64,000 bases of DNA. It comes from a bacterium. GTDB lineage: Bacteria > Patescibacteriota > Patescibacteriia > 2-01-FULL-39-33. Shown here in pieces: positions 1-9,809 of this stretch. The notes beneath the pieces are model-generated. The model worked only from the letters and a program-made list of their open reading frames with translations, ran no database searches and had not been told where the DNA came from. The position numbers and the translations under genes were made by a program. Positions within the stretch are counted from its first letter, which is position 1. The number at the start of each line of letters is the position of its first letter. The stretch is taken from the NCBI GenBank assembly GCA_029558735.1, contig JAKQDP010000047.1:209-64208 (forward strand), read 5' to 3'.

Positions 1-3000
1 AATTAACTATTTGTAAATTTGCAAAACCAATTCGCAAATTACCATAATTCCATTTATCACCGCAACTGGGATTGTCCCAAGCGCAGTCGACTTCCCGGGT
101 ATTTTCAGCTCTGGCTTTAATATTTGTCACTCCTTCAGCTTGAGCGAATGCTTTAATTTCCGAATCTGATAAACTAGCCAAATAATCACTCGGCAAACAT
201 TGACTGACATCTGATTTACAAATACTGGCCACCTTAATACCGCTACCACCGTCAGGGTTGTTCTCCGCAGTATCATCAGTTAAGGCAATTAAAGAGCGCC
301 AATTCCAATTATAGCTGTCCGGATTAAGCAGGTTGCAATTGCTGGCCTGAGGAAAAGCATTATAAGTTTGATTGCTATCGGTATAGCGCATAAACAAATT
401 CTTCGGCGCGACATTAACACTGTTAATAACGCACTTCTTCTGACCCGTTTTGAATTTCCAACAATAATCATCAAAAACATTATCATTATTGCCATCACAA
501 TTAGGCTTTTCCAGTTTTCCTTCAGCGCGCTCCTCGCCCCCATCTAATTTTGCCCCCTTAACGCCATTTTCGCCGCCAACAATAATTACTCGATACCAAG
601 TATTTGACGCAAATTCATCATTATTATCAAAAGGAGTAATAACAAAACCCTCGGCCAAATTGTCGCTTGAATTATTATCCCCCATAATAATATCTTCCTG
701 CGTAATCACTTCGAGGGTTTCATGACTATAATCAAAAATCCGTAAATCGTGATAACTAATATCACTACAACTGGTCAAATCAAATTTATCATTAACTCCC
801 GAATTGCATTGTTGGACTTTAATATTATCGGCACTAACAGAACTATCCAGCATATTGCGACTGAAGCGCGCGGCAATCATCGCGTTAACACAAGCATCTT
901 GCGACTCTTTCCAGGGGGTCGGGCTTTGAATATTGCCATTAGAGCAAGATGCATCTTCAACTACAATCGGATTGGTAAAGTCATTATAAGCCCGACAATA
1001 ATCCTCTTTATTGTCATAGCCGATCATCTTGGCAAATAATGAAGCATACGGATTGGGCCGGTCATAAATTGTCTCACCTAAGGCCTTGGCGGTGGCCGCG
1101 GCATTAGCCGGAGCAACTGATAATTTATCCGATTTATCAGTAAACCACTCCCAATTATATTTTTGCGGATCAAGCAACAAACAAACATTATCTTCGCTAT
1201 CCACATCAGCCAAATAGCCGGTTAAAGCTCCCGGCCAATACATCGTATGCGGATCAGGCGAACACTCGACACAACCCGGCTTACAATTATTATCCTCTCT
1301 GGTTTGAAAGTTCCAACAATAAACCGGGTCAGAAATACTATAACTGCCATTATTAATATCATTGACATTGCAGAAACGTTTGTTTATTTTGGCTCTGTCG
1401 CTTTCATTAATGCGAAAACCCTTACCGGTCTCAGTGGTGATTCCTTGACGCAACACCACTTTATACCAAGACTTGGGCTGCAAATCTTCCGTGCTAATAA
1501 AACGAAAATAATCACTTTCTTTATCACTGTTATCACTGGCTAAACTTAGAGTACCCCCGACTTCCACGCAATTTTCGCCTTCAATATTGTCACACTTTAA
1601 AACTTTAATATTCTCACTGTTAATAGTCGCCGGATCCATCTGAGTATTGAATCTAGCGGAAATCACCACATCCAAACAAGCCAGGGGGTTGTTAATCTGA
1701 TAATAAGGATAATTTTCCGTGTTCCAACCTTCGCTCCAAGGCGTCGGACTGGGCAATTTAGCTCCCTCGGTACAACTGCGACTGCGCGTACAATCTTCAA
1801 TGGCATAAGCCTCGGGTCCATCATCATCACCGGTTATAAATGCCCAAGTATAAATAGACTGGCTGGCCGGACTGGCTAACTCGCCGGAAAGTTCGCAAGC
1901 GGAAGTATCGAGCTGACAATCACTAGTACAGCCAACTTGACCTTCACCCAAATCATAATCCTGACAGAGCACCCTGCTGTCGTAAAAAGCATAGCTATTA
2001 GAGACAATGTCACAGGCTTCTTCCGGACCCAAAATACCATCGCCGCAGATATTGGGCGCCAATTGACAAGTACAACTATCGTTATCGCAAACTAAGCCTT
2101 CCTGACAAGTATTTGTATCCCTGGCGCATAAGGCCGTGTCATAACCGCAAGGATCACCCAATTCTCCGGGACTGACTAAAAATTTATAATAATTACTGTA
2201 TTGACTGTTACTAATATTATAAACTCTGCTACTACTCCGGCCTTTGCGATTGGTCGGCACATAATCTTTCAAATTTTCTTCCCTGTCCCAATTCCAAACC
2301 GTAGTGTTATTATTATGCTCAAGCAAAACCGTGTTCCAGCTGTCGGTGTCAGCATTAAACTCCTTAGTGCTGAAATACCAGAAAAAATCACCGGCCGCAT
2401 CATTGAGAGGATAATTATTGCCGACTGAGACCACCTCATCGCCAGCTTTACCAGAATTAATTTTAATCCCCGAAGCCTCGAATTTAGTCAAGTTATAAGC
2501 GCTGCAAATGCCCGGCCGTTCGATATTATTGATGGAAAATGTTTTTGTATTGCTACCTAAACCAGAATCATTAAATACTTGGACATTATAATCACCTTGA
2601 GGCAAATTCGGCACTTCCACAATAATCTGATAATAAGTCCAGGTATCATCACAACCGGACTTTAAACTTAAATTGGCAACTGTATCGTTAAATCTGATTT
2701 CCCCGGGTTCATTGCCGAAATACCGGCCCCAAATGGTAATATAATTGCCCGGCGCGCCATTGGGAATGTCATCATTCCAAGTAGCTGGCTCATCATAATT
2801 GGTGTCTTTGTTGGGATCGTCCGCCGGTGAAATGTAAATTATTTCCGGTACCCGAGCGCAGACACAACCGCCACCAATATCACAAACACCGGTCGCGCAC
2901 ATGGCATTATCGGCGTCGCAAATCGGCGTATCAGTGTCAGCATCACAAGGATCGCCGGCGCAAGCGCCACATTCGCCACCGCAGTCAACGCCAGTTTCTC

Positions 3001-3856
3001 CTTGACTGGCGTCCTGCACTCCATTAAAACAATGAATCGGTTTAATCTTGGTATTTAAAACATTGGATTGAAAACTGTCTCCCGGCGCTGTTACTGTAAT
3101 CCGAGCCAAAAACTGGTCGCCAATATTAGAAGCTGAGGTATTCCAAGGAGCGTAAACATTGCTCACTACCTCTTGGTCGGCAGAAATGGCAAAAGCGCTC
3201 ACTGGAGAAAAATTTGTCTCACTGGCCAATCGAGAATAAAAATCCATCGCGTTAATGACGCTGCCGCTATTTTTAGCATAACCCTTGGCGTGGAGAGTGG
3301 CGCTGGCCGGAATACCTAAGGTACCCGTATAATTCCAACCGACATTAACGACCCAGCCATCGTCGCCAACACTATCATCCTTAAATCCGCCAATATACGA
3401 ATACTGACTGCTCCAATTCCAGGGAGTCGGTGGTTTTGGTCCGGCGGGACTGGGCGGATTGGCATTGGTGGCGTTAGAAATCTGATTAATCACAAAAGAA
3501 GCAATGGCAAAAGCGGAAAAAATAATTACGAGGCCAATTACGGCAGCGATAATCACCTTTTTCGCTTTAATCACTTTATCGGGATCGCCGGCCGCCGTCA
3601 TCCACAAAAAACCGCCATAAGCAATCAGTAACACAGCCAAAATACCCAAAAAACCCAAAAATATTTTGACAATATTGCCGATTGTCTCCACCAACCCCCT
3701 TGAACCCAGGCCAAAACCGGAGGCGGCGTCCAAACCATAATTATCCAAAGCATCCGTCGCTAAAGCCGCTCCCGCTAAAAAAAATAAGCCAAAAATAATT
3801 CCCGCTACTAAGCCGACTATAAGCAACCAATTGTATTTATGGATAATTTGTTTCAT
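1..3856 (-). CDS. Giant surface protein with N-terminal CPR pilin-like (TrbC/VirB2-like) membrane domain, then IPT/TIG, Ig-like and Cys-rich domains; partial, runs off the window start
   Basis: Absent from the ORF track, consistent with no stop inside the window. ATG at 3856 overlaps the TGA of the upstream gene (ATGA). Manual translation gives MKQIIHKYNWLLIVGLV...IVKIFLGFLGILAVLLIAYGGFLWMTAAGDPDKVIKAKKVII, an IPT-like GAPGNYITIWGRYFG, and a frame still open at the window edge. I spot-checked the frame rather than translating it fully. Confidence 0.85.
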   Translation of the reverse strand, partial: MKQIIHKYNWLLIVGLVAGIIFGLFFLAGAALATDALDNYGLDAASGFGLGSRGLVETIGNIVKIFLGFLGILAVLLIAYGGFLWMTAAGDPDKVIKAKKVIIAAVIGLVIIFSAFAIASFVINQISNATNANPPSPAGPKPPTPWNWSSQYSYIGGFKDDSVGDDGWVVNVGWNYTGTLGIPASATLHAKGYAKNSGSVINAMDFYSRLASETNFSPVSAFAISADQEVVSNVYAPWNTSASNIGDQFLARITVTAPGDSFQSNVLNTKIKPIHCFNGVQDASQGETGVDCGGECGACAGDPCDADTDTPICDADNAMCATGVCDIGGGCVCARVPEIIYISPADDPNKDTNYDEPATWNDDIPNGAPGNYITIWGRYFGNEPGEIRFNDTVANLSLKSGCDDTWTYYQIIVEVPNLPQGDYNVQVFNDSGLGSNTKTFSINNIERPGICSAYNLTKFEASGIKINSGKAGDEVVSVGNNYPLNDAAGDFFWYFSTKEFNADTDSWNTVLLEHNNNTTVWNWDREENLKDYVPTNRKGRSSSRVYNISNSQYSNYYKFLVSPGELGDPCGYDTALCARDTNTCQEGLVCDNDSCTCQLAPNICGDGILGPEEACDIVSNSYAFYDSRVLCQDYDLGEGQVGCTSDCQLDTSACELSGELASPASQSIYTWAFITGDDDGPEAYAIEDCTRSRSCTEGAKLPSPTPWSEGWNTENYPYYQINNPLACLDVVISARFNTQMDPATINSENIKVLKCDNIEGENCVEVGGTLSLASDNSDKESDYFRFISTEDLQPKSWYKVVLRQGITTETGKGFRINESDRAKINKRFCNVNDINNGSYSISDPVYCWNFQTREDNNCKPGCVECSPDPHTMYWPGALTGYLADVDSEDNVCLLLDPQKYNWEWFTDKSDKLSVAPANAAATAKALGETIYDRPNPYASLFAKMIGYDNKEDYCRAYNDFTNPIVVEDASCSNGNIQSPTPWKESQDACVNAMIAARFSRNMLDSSVSADNIKVQQCNSGVNDKFDLTSCSDISYHDLRIFDYSHETLEVITQEDIIMGDNNSSDNLAEGFVITPFDNNDEFASNTWYRVIIVGGENGVKGAKLDGGEERAEGKLEKPNCDGNNDNVFDDYCWKFKTGQKKCVINSVNVAPKNLFMRYTDSNQTYNAFPQASNCNLLNPDSYNWNWRSLIALTDDTAENNPDGGSGIKVASICKSDVSQCLPSDYLASLSDSEIKAFAQAEGVTNIKARAENTREVDCAWDNPSCGDKWNYGNLRIGFANLQIVN

Positions 3857-6843
3857 TGATTTGATTTACATTTGCCAAAACAACAACCGGTTCGACCGCT
3901 AGCCGGATCAACAGTTGGATAATCTTTAGTAATCACCCAGCTACCGGAAATATCATCAGACGCGTTTTCATAGAGTGGCTGACAAGAATAATTCTCGTCA
4001 AGACAAACTTCCGCATCAGTGATTTCCGAACATTTCAAATAACCATAAGAAGCCGGATTAGGCATCCTAACTTTTACACAACCGCTGGTAATACCCTCAC
4101 TGGTATATTGACATTGACCTGAGCCCGCTTCTATTGGCCCGGCGCTGGGCAAAAAACAATTCTGAGTAATTGATTCCGCGCCCGAGCCAACCAAGGGCGC
4201 ATAAGCGGCATACAAATCCAAAATATGATGCTGTAAGTTGGCTGAAGTATAATCGGGCCAGCCATCATTATCTTGGTCATAATTGACCTTAGTCACCCAA
4301 AAACCGACTGGATTAGCGTTAACCGTCAAAGTGTTCAAAGCCAAATAACGGGTAGTCCGACTTTTCTGGTCGCTGGTTGGGCCGTAATTCCAACCCGGCT
4401 TTAAGCTGGCGCTGCGCATTAAACGATCAAAAGAAAAATTTACCGGCTGATTAAGGTTGCTGGTCATTGCTCCGCCGGTCATATCCTCGGAAACAATGGC
4501 CATAATCAGAGGCGCCTGACGATCAATCTCCGTTGACACCCAAAAACTCCAGCGAAAATTATCACCAAAACCATTAACTTCCGGATTTGATTGACCAAAC
4601 GGCGGATTGGACAAATTAAGGTCGTAAAAACTTTTTGGGCCATTAGCCAAGCCATAGACTTGACCGTTTTCCTGATAATAATCAAAGCTGCCGTTTAAAG
4701 AATTGCCGGCCAAATCAATAATACCATTGACTTCATTCAAATTGGCACCAACCCCCGGATAAAAAACCATCTGATCGCCTACCCTTCTGGCGCAACGATT
4801 ATCGCTACCGCCAACACAAGCTCCCTGCCATTGGTCGCAGCGCGGATCCGAACAAACCATCAAGTCGCTGGCCTTAATTTCAACCTGATAATGAGTGGCG
4901 ACTCCCTGTTCCGGCGCCCCGTCATACATCGGCCAACAATACATCTGGTTGCCGCAAGTATTTAGTCCACATTCAATACTGCCCCGTAAACCAACTGTGG
5001 TATAATCAGCCGATATCTCGGTGATAAAATCAGCCAAAACATCCTCAGCATCATCAAAATCGCCATCATTATTTCTATCGTATTTAATCACTATATTATC
5101 AATAAAAATTGGATTAATCGGCTCATTAAATTGAAGCTCAAACAATTGATTACGGTAAACATCCGGCTGGTCATTGACGGTCTGATTTTGGCTGGCGTTT
5201 AAACCGTCAATCTTAGTAGAAGAAAAAATGACCGACTTATTCAAAACAAAATTCAATGAGTAGCGACTGCTATTTTCGCCGACTTCTTTAGTGACAATGG
5301 AACTATCGCTTTCTTTCTTGAAAATATCGCCACTGCCGCTAATAAGCGCCGAGGTAATATTGGCCGTGGTCTTAGCGGCGTCTTGACCAATAGCAATATC
5401 GCGACCAAAAACATATTTTTTAATCACCTGTGAATCAGATAACACCTCAACATAATCACCCGGCTGATAAGCCGTCACCGCAAATTTCCAGGAATTCCCC
5501 CCCACTGCCCAGGACCCACCCTGCTCATTCGCCGCCTCAGTCAAAGAAAAAGTTAAACCATAAGGACCGATATTAATTGTCTGGCCCTGACTATAAGAAC
5601 CAGAATAATTATCCATTATTCCCGGCCAATCAACCGCAACAGTTTTACCGTCAGGTTGAATAGTGACTGTCACCTCACCACTGGCAGTACCGCCATAACT
5701 GCCGGAAATTGTGGCGCTGGGCGAGCTCGGAGCGCTAACCGGCGAAGTATAGGCTGAATTAATTTCTGGAGTTAAATTGGCTTGATTAAAAATAGTATAA
5801 GAAAATTTAGTTGCGGTCGGCGCGATCGCCGGGCTGTAACCATCCGCCTCCTCATCCGGCGCCGGTGATACACCGCTGATACTGGGCATTCCCGAGGGAT
5901 TAAGAATGGTATTAGTACTTAATATTTCCGGCGGATCAAGGTCCAATTCGCCATTAGTGACAAACGACCAGGAAAATTGGCGACCAATCAACCGCTCTAA
6001 TACTGACTCGCCATCAGCGGCCCGGCTGATTCCTTCTTTTAGGGTCACCATAAACTCCCGATTCTGCAAATCCTCAAGACCCAGATAAATTTTAGGGGTA
6101 ATAACAAAAGTCCTAGCATCAGCTGTCTGCCAAACAGTAGAGCCGACAAATTTATCAACCGAAAAATCAGTCTCGGTCTCACATAAATTATTATCCCCTA
6201 ATTTACAAACATCAATATTAAGCATGGTGTCGCCATCGCATTTGTCGCTATCATTAACATCGGCGACATTACAAATAGTCGCGGGCATAATCGGTTCTTT
6301 AAAGGTAACCGCCAGCCAAGTGTTAATCGGCACGTCGCGCTGGTTGGGAGCGGGATAAACGCTTTGAATTGGGCCGGCGCCGATGCCCCAACGGGACAAA
6401 TCATTGCCACTTCCCGGCCTCGGCCCCCAACTGCCATCACGACCGCCCCACAGCTGGTTGATAATAAACGAGACAATCGCAAAGGCGGAAAAAATAATAA
6501 TTAAGCCAATAACCGCATTAATAATTATCTTCTTGGCTTTGTCAATTTTTGCCGGATCACCAGCGGCGGTCATCCAAATAAACCCGGCATAAAGAATCAA
6601 TAACACGGCCAAAATACCCAAAAAACCCAAAATCACCTGAACAATACGAGCAATGGTTTCAATTAAATTATTAGTGCCCAGACCAAAATCGCGGGCTGTT
6701 GTTAAACCGTAATTCTCCAGTGGTCCGGAACTGGCCAAAGTGACTGTCGGCGCAAATAAAAAAACCACCACTGCCAGACCTAGTATAAGCAGGGTGGTTT
6801 TTTTATTAAATATCTTTCCGGTTAAGAAAGGATAAAAAGGCAT
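3853..6843 (-). CDS. Large surface protein, pilin-like N-terminus plus Ig-like (Big_5-type) domains
   Basis: 996 aa; pilin motif ILGFLGILAVLLILYAGFIWMTAAGDPAKIDKAKKII; Ig-like SVYPAPNQRDVPINTWLAVTFKEPI; Cys-rich C-terminus. Confidence 0.85.
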   Translation of the reverse strand: MPFYPFLTGKIFNKKTTLLILGLAVVVFLFAPTVTLASSGPLENYGLTTARDFGLGTNNLIETIARIVQVILGFLGILAVLLILYAGFIWMTAAGDPAKIDKAKKIIINAVIGLIIIFSAFAIVSFIINQLWGGRDGSWGPRPGSGNDLSRWGIGAGPIQSVYPAPNQRDVPINTWLAVTFKEPIMPATICNVADVNDSDKCDGDTMLNIDVCKLGDNNLCETETDFSVDKFVGSTVWQTADARTFVITPKIYLGLEDLQNREFMVTLKEGISRAADGESVLERLIGRQFSWSFVTNGELDLDPPEILSTNTILNPSGMPSISGVSPAPDEEADGYSPAIAPTATKFSYTIFNQANLTPEINSAYTSPVSAPSSPSATISGSYGGTASGEVTVTIQPDGKTVAVDWPGIMDNYSGSYSQGQTINIGPYGLTFSLTEAANEQGGSWAVGGNSWKFAVTAYQPGDYVEVLSDSQVIKKYVFGRDIAIGQDAAKTTANITSALISGSGDIFKKESDSSIVTKEVGENSSRYSLNFVLNKSVIFSSTKIDGLNASQNQTVNDQPDVYRNQLFELQFNEPINPIFIDNIVIKYDRNNDGDFDDAEDVLADFITEISADYTTVGLRGSIECGLNTCGNQMYCWPMYDGAPEQGVATHYQVEIKASDLMVCSDPRCDQWQGACVGGSDNRCARRVGDQMVFYPGVGANLNEVNGIIDLAGNSLNGSFDYYQENGQVYGLANGPKSFYDLNLSNPPFGQSNPEVNGFGDNFRWSFWVSTEIDRQAPLIMAIVSEDMTGGAMTSNLNQPVNFSFDRLMRSASLKPGWNYGPTSDQKSRTTRYLALNTLTVNANPVGFWVTKVNYDQDNDGWPDYTSANLQHHILDLYAAYAPLVGSGAESITQNCFLPSAGPIEAGSGQCQYTSEGITSGCVKVRMPNPASYGYLKCSEITDAEVCLDENYSCQPLYENASDDISGSWVITKDYPTVDPASGRTGCCFGKCKSNQ

Positions 6844-6860
6844 GGGAATTAAAATTTATA

Positions 6861-7319
6861 CTACTGATTGAGGAACTTTTTAACCAAGGGCGACACAATT
6901 TGTCCGTCCGAACGAGAACCGACTTCGGCCATGACTGCACCCATTAATTTTCCAAAATCAGCCGGCGAATGGGCGCCTACAATTTCGGCCTGACGATTAA
7001 TAATGTCAATAATTGCCTCCGGCGACAGCTGATCGGGCAGATATTGTTCCAATATTGCCATTTCTTCAGCCTCTTGCTGGGACAAATCTGACCGACCGCC
7101 TTGGTTGTAGGCTTCAATAGAATCTCTTCTTTTTTTGATTTCTGATTTTATTAAACCAACAACTTCACTATCCTCTAACTCATTTTCTTTGGCCATTCTG
7201 GCCGCTATTTTTTTATTGGCAATAGCGGTTTTAAGCATCCTCAGGGTCGATAATTTAAGCGCCGCTTTGGTTTTATATGCTTCAATAAAATCTTTCTCGA
7301 TAGTCTGCTGTAAAGACAT
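6861..7319 (-). CDS. GatB/YqeY domain protein
   Basis: 152 aa; KKRRDSIEAYNQGGRSDL, LEQYLP and DFGKLMG motifs; next to rpsU, its usual position. Confidence 0.92.
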   Translation of the reverse strand: MSLQQTIEKDFIEAYKTKAALKLSTLRMLKTAIANKKIAARMAKENELEDSEVVGLIKSEIKKRRDSIEAYNQGGRSDLSQQEAEEMAILEQYLPDQLSPEAIIDIINRQAEIVGAHSPADFGKLMGAVMAEVGSRSDGQIVSPLVKKFLNQ

Positions 7320-7335
7320 TGTTCTTAATTATTTA

Positions 7336-7569
7336 TTATCTTCTGGTTGGTTCGTCAATTAATTTGCCGATTTTTTTCAAATATTCGCGTTTCTTATTAA
7401 TTTCTTCTCTTCTAGCGGCGGCTGACCTAATGGCGGTTTTATTTTTTTTCGGCTCATAATAACGAATTTTCCGGGATTGAAGCAACCGGCCACTTTGTTG
7501 CACCTTCTTGCTAAATCTCCTGGCTAACGCTTCAAAAGTCTCTCCTTTCTTTCTTTTTACCTCTGCCAC
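7336..7569 (-). CDS. rpsU: 30S ribosomal protein S21
   Basis: Basic 77 aa; GETFEALARRFSKKVQQSG and RYYEP motifs. Confidence 0.9.
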   Translation of the reverse strand: MAEVKRKKGETFEALARRFSKKVQQSGRLLQSRKIRYYEPKKNKTAIRSAAARREEINKKREYLKKIGKLIDEPTRR

Positions 7570-7603
7570 TTAAATTCACCTCACTTTCTAATTGATTATT
7601 TTA

Positions 7604-9031
7604 TTAATTATTATCAATCTTCAACTTATTAGTTTCTGGGGGAACATTCGCGCCATTTTCCTTATATTTCAATAAACGTTTACGAATTTCCTGTTCTGCT
7701 CGACTAAAATTAATCTCCTCTTGAATACCGCCCTCCATGTCTCGAATCAAAATAGTACCATCGCCAAATTCTTTCTGACCAAGAATTAAAGTTAATTTTA
7801 CTTTCAATTTATTGGCTAAATCCAACTGATTTTTAAGACTATCCTTATAAAAGGCTTGGGCCACCCGAAAATCCTCGCATTGTCTTAATTTTTCATATAA
7901 AACCATCACTTTCTTTTTGGCGGCTTCGCCGATTTGAGCAATAAACACATCCGGCTGAAATTCGTCTTTAATCTCCAAATCAATCTCCCTCATTTTAGCC
8001 ACAATTCTGTCTAATCCCATGGCTAAACCGCAAGCTGGCGTTTCTTCTCGCCCGCCCAGCAACTTAACTAAGCCATCATAACGACCGCCGCCGCCCAAAG
8101 CATTTTTACCTTCTTGATCATCAGTCGACCAATACTCAAAAATAGTTTTAGTATAATAATCTAGACCCCTAACAATAAACGGGTTAAGCACATAAGGTAA
8201 ATCCAGCTCATCCAGATATTCAATCACCTTCATAAAGTGTTTTTTGCAATCGTCATCAAGATAGTCTAAAACCTGAGGCGACTCGTCCTTTAATTTCTGA
8301 CATTCCTCCTCTTTGCAATCCAAAATCCGCAATGGATTAGTAGTTAATCGTTTACGGCAATTTTCGCAAAGCAATTTTGACTTGCTGCGATAATATTTAA
8401 CCAATTCTTTGCGATAATTATCCCGACAATTGGGGCAACCAATACTGTTGACCTGAATCACCGATTCAATACCCAATTCATTCAGACTATTCCAGCCCAT
8501 CAAAATCAATTGAGCGTCCAAAGCCGGATTAGCTTCACCAATCGCCTCAAAACCAAACTGAAAAAATTGGCGATGACGGCCGGATTGAGGTTTCTCATGG
8601 CGAAACATTGGCCCCTGATAGAAGAACTTTACCGGCTGACTCTGATTCAGCATCCCGTGTTGCACATAGGCGCGGACAACTGAAGCGGTTGCTTCAGGCC
8701 GAAGGGCCAACTCGTCGCCAGCCTGATCTTTAAAGGCAAACATTTCTTTTTCCACCACCTCGGTCTGCTTACCCACTCCGCGAACAAACAAATCAACCGG
8801 TTCCAAGACTGGAGTGTCAATCAAGCCATACCCATAATCAGCGGCAATTTTTTCCGCCACTTTTTTTACGGCGTGCCAATACCGTTGGTCTTGAGGCAAA
8901 ATATCTCTCATGCCGGTTACTGTGACTATCTCTCTAGTCGAGCGGCGACCACGCTTATTGATTTTATCTTCTTCGGTTTTAATTAAACCGGATTTAGCGC
9001 TATTATTTTTTGGTGTTACTTTCTTAACCAT
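7604..9031 (-). CDS. hisS: Histidine--tRNA ligase
   Basis: LRPEAT, FRHEKPQSGRHRQFFQ, VRGLDYY, GGGRYDGL. Confidence 0.97.
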   Translation of the reverse strand: MVKKVTPKNNSAKSGLIKTEEDKINKRGRRSTREIVTVTGMRDILPQDQRYWHAVKKVAEKIAADYGYGLIDTPVLEPVDLFVRGVGKQTEVVEKEMFAFKDQAGDELALRPEATASVVRAYVQHGMLNQSQPVKFFYQGPMFRHEKPQSGRHRQFFQFGFEAIGEANPALDAQLILMGWNSLNELGIESVIQVNSIGCPNCRDNYRKELVKYYRSKSKLLCENCRKRLTTNPLRILDCKEEECQKLKDESPQVLDYLDDDCKKHFMKVIEYLDELDLPYVLNPFIVRGLDYYTKTIFEYWSTDDQEGKNALGGGGRYDGLVKLLGGREETPACGLAMGLDRIVAKMREIDLEIKDEFQPDVFIAQIGEAAKKKVMVLYEKLRQCEDFRVAQAFYKDSLKNQLDLANKLKVKLTLILGQKEFGDGTILIRDMEGGIQEEINFSRAEQEIRKRLLKYKENGANVPPETNKLKIDNN

Positions 9032-9040
9032 TATCGTAAT

Positions 9041-9661
9041 TTAAAAATTATAAGTTGGGGCATTAAAAACAGTCAATCGATGAAACGGCCAGCCCCTTAA
9101 CCAGGTCCGACCAATAATGAAATCCCTGGCTACCGGACCAAATGTCCGCGAATCCAAACTCTGACTCCGATTATCGCCCAATAAAAAGTATTCCCCTTCG
9201 GCCAAAACCACCTCGCCATACCCCCCCAGGGGTAATTGAGTTAAAATATCGTCAGTCAAATAATCCTCCCGAAGAGTTTGACCGTCAATAAAAACCAGAC
9301 CCTCTTTAATTTCAATTTTCTCACCAGGCAAACCAACTACTCGTTTAATAAAATACTGGCTGGGATCTTTGGGATATTTAAATACTACAATATCGCCCCG
9401 ACCCGGATCACTGAAGCGATAGCTAATTTCATCAATAATTAAATACTCATGGTCATAAAAATTCGGTTCCATGGAAGCCCCTTTGACATAGAACGGCTGA
9501 ATTAAAAAATATCTAATCGGGAGAATAATAGCCAAAGAGATTATCGTCACTTTGACCATTTCCCAAATAAAATCAACCACGGCTCTAATTTTGGACCGCT
9601 TATTGGGAGAATAATTAAAATCACCTAAATTGAGTCCCTTGTCGTTTAAAATATTATCCAC
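9041..9661 (-). CDS. lepB: Signal peptidase I
   Basis: GASMEP catalytic Ser, IKRVVGLPG catalytic Lys, GDNRSQSLDSR. Confidence 0.95.
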   Translation of the reverse strand: MDNILNDKGLNLGDFNYSPNKRSKIRAVVDFIWEMVKVTIISLAIILPIRYFLIQPFYVKGASMEPNFYDHEYLIIDEISYRFSDPGRGDIVVFKYPKDPSQYFIKRVVGLPGEKIEIKEGLVFIDGQTLREDYLTDDILTQLPLGGYGEVVLAEGEYFLLGDNRSQSLDSRTFGPVARDFIIGRTWLRGWPFHRLTVFNAPTYNF

Positions 9662-9809
9662 ACGCTTAAAATTTATTCATAATTATATAAATTATAACAT
9701 AAAAGCAATATTTTGCAAGTTATTGTTATAACACATTTGATTGGCAAATTTCAAGTAATGGTTTATAATAAATAATGACTTAAATAATAAAGAAGAAAAC
9801 AATATACCC

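Noticed and set aside
289-3027. Short ORFs listed in the track for the first 3 kb
   Set aside because: They are shadow or alternative-frame ORFs over the long minus-strand gene that starts at 3856.
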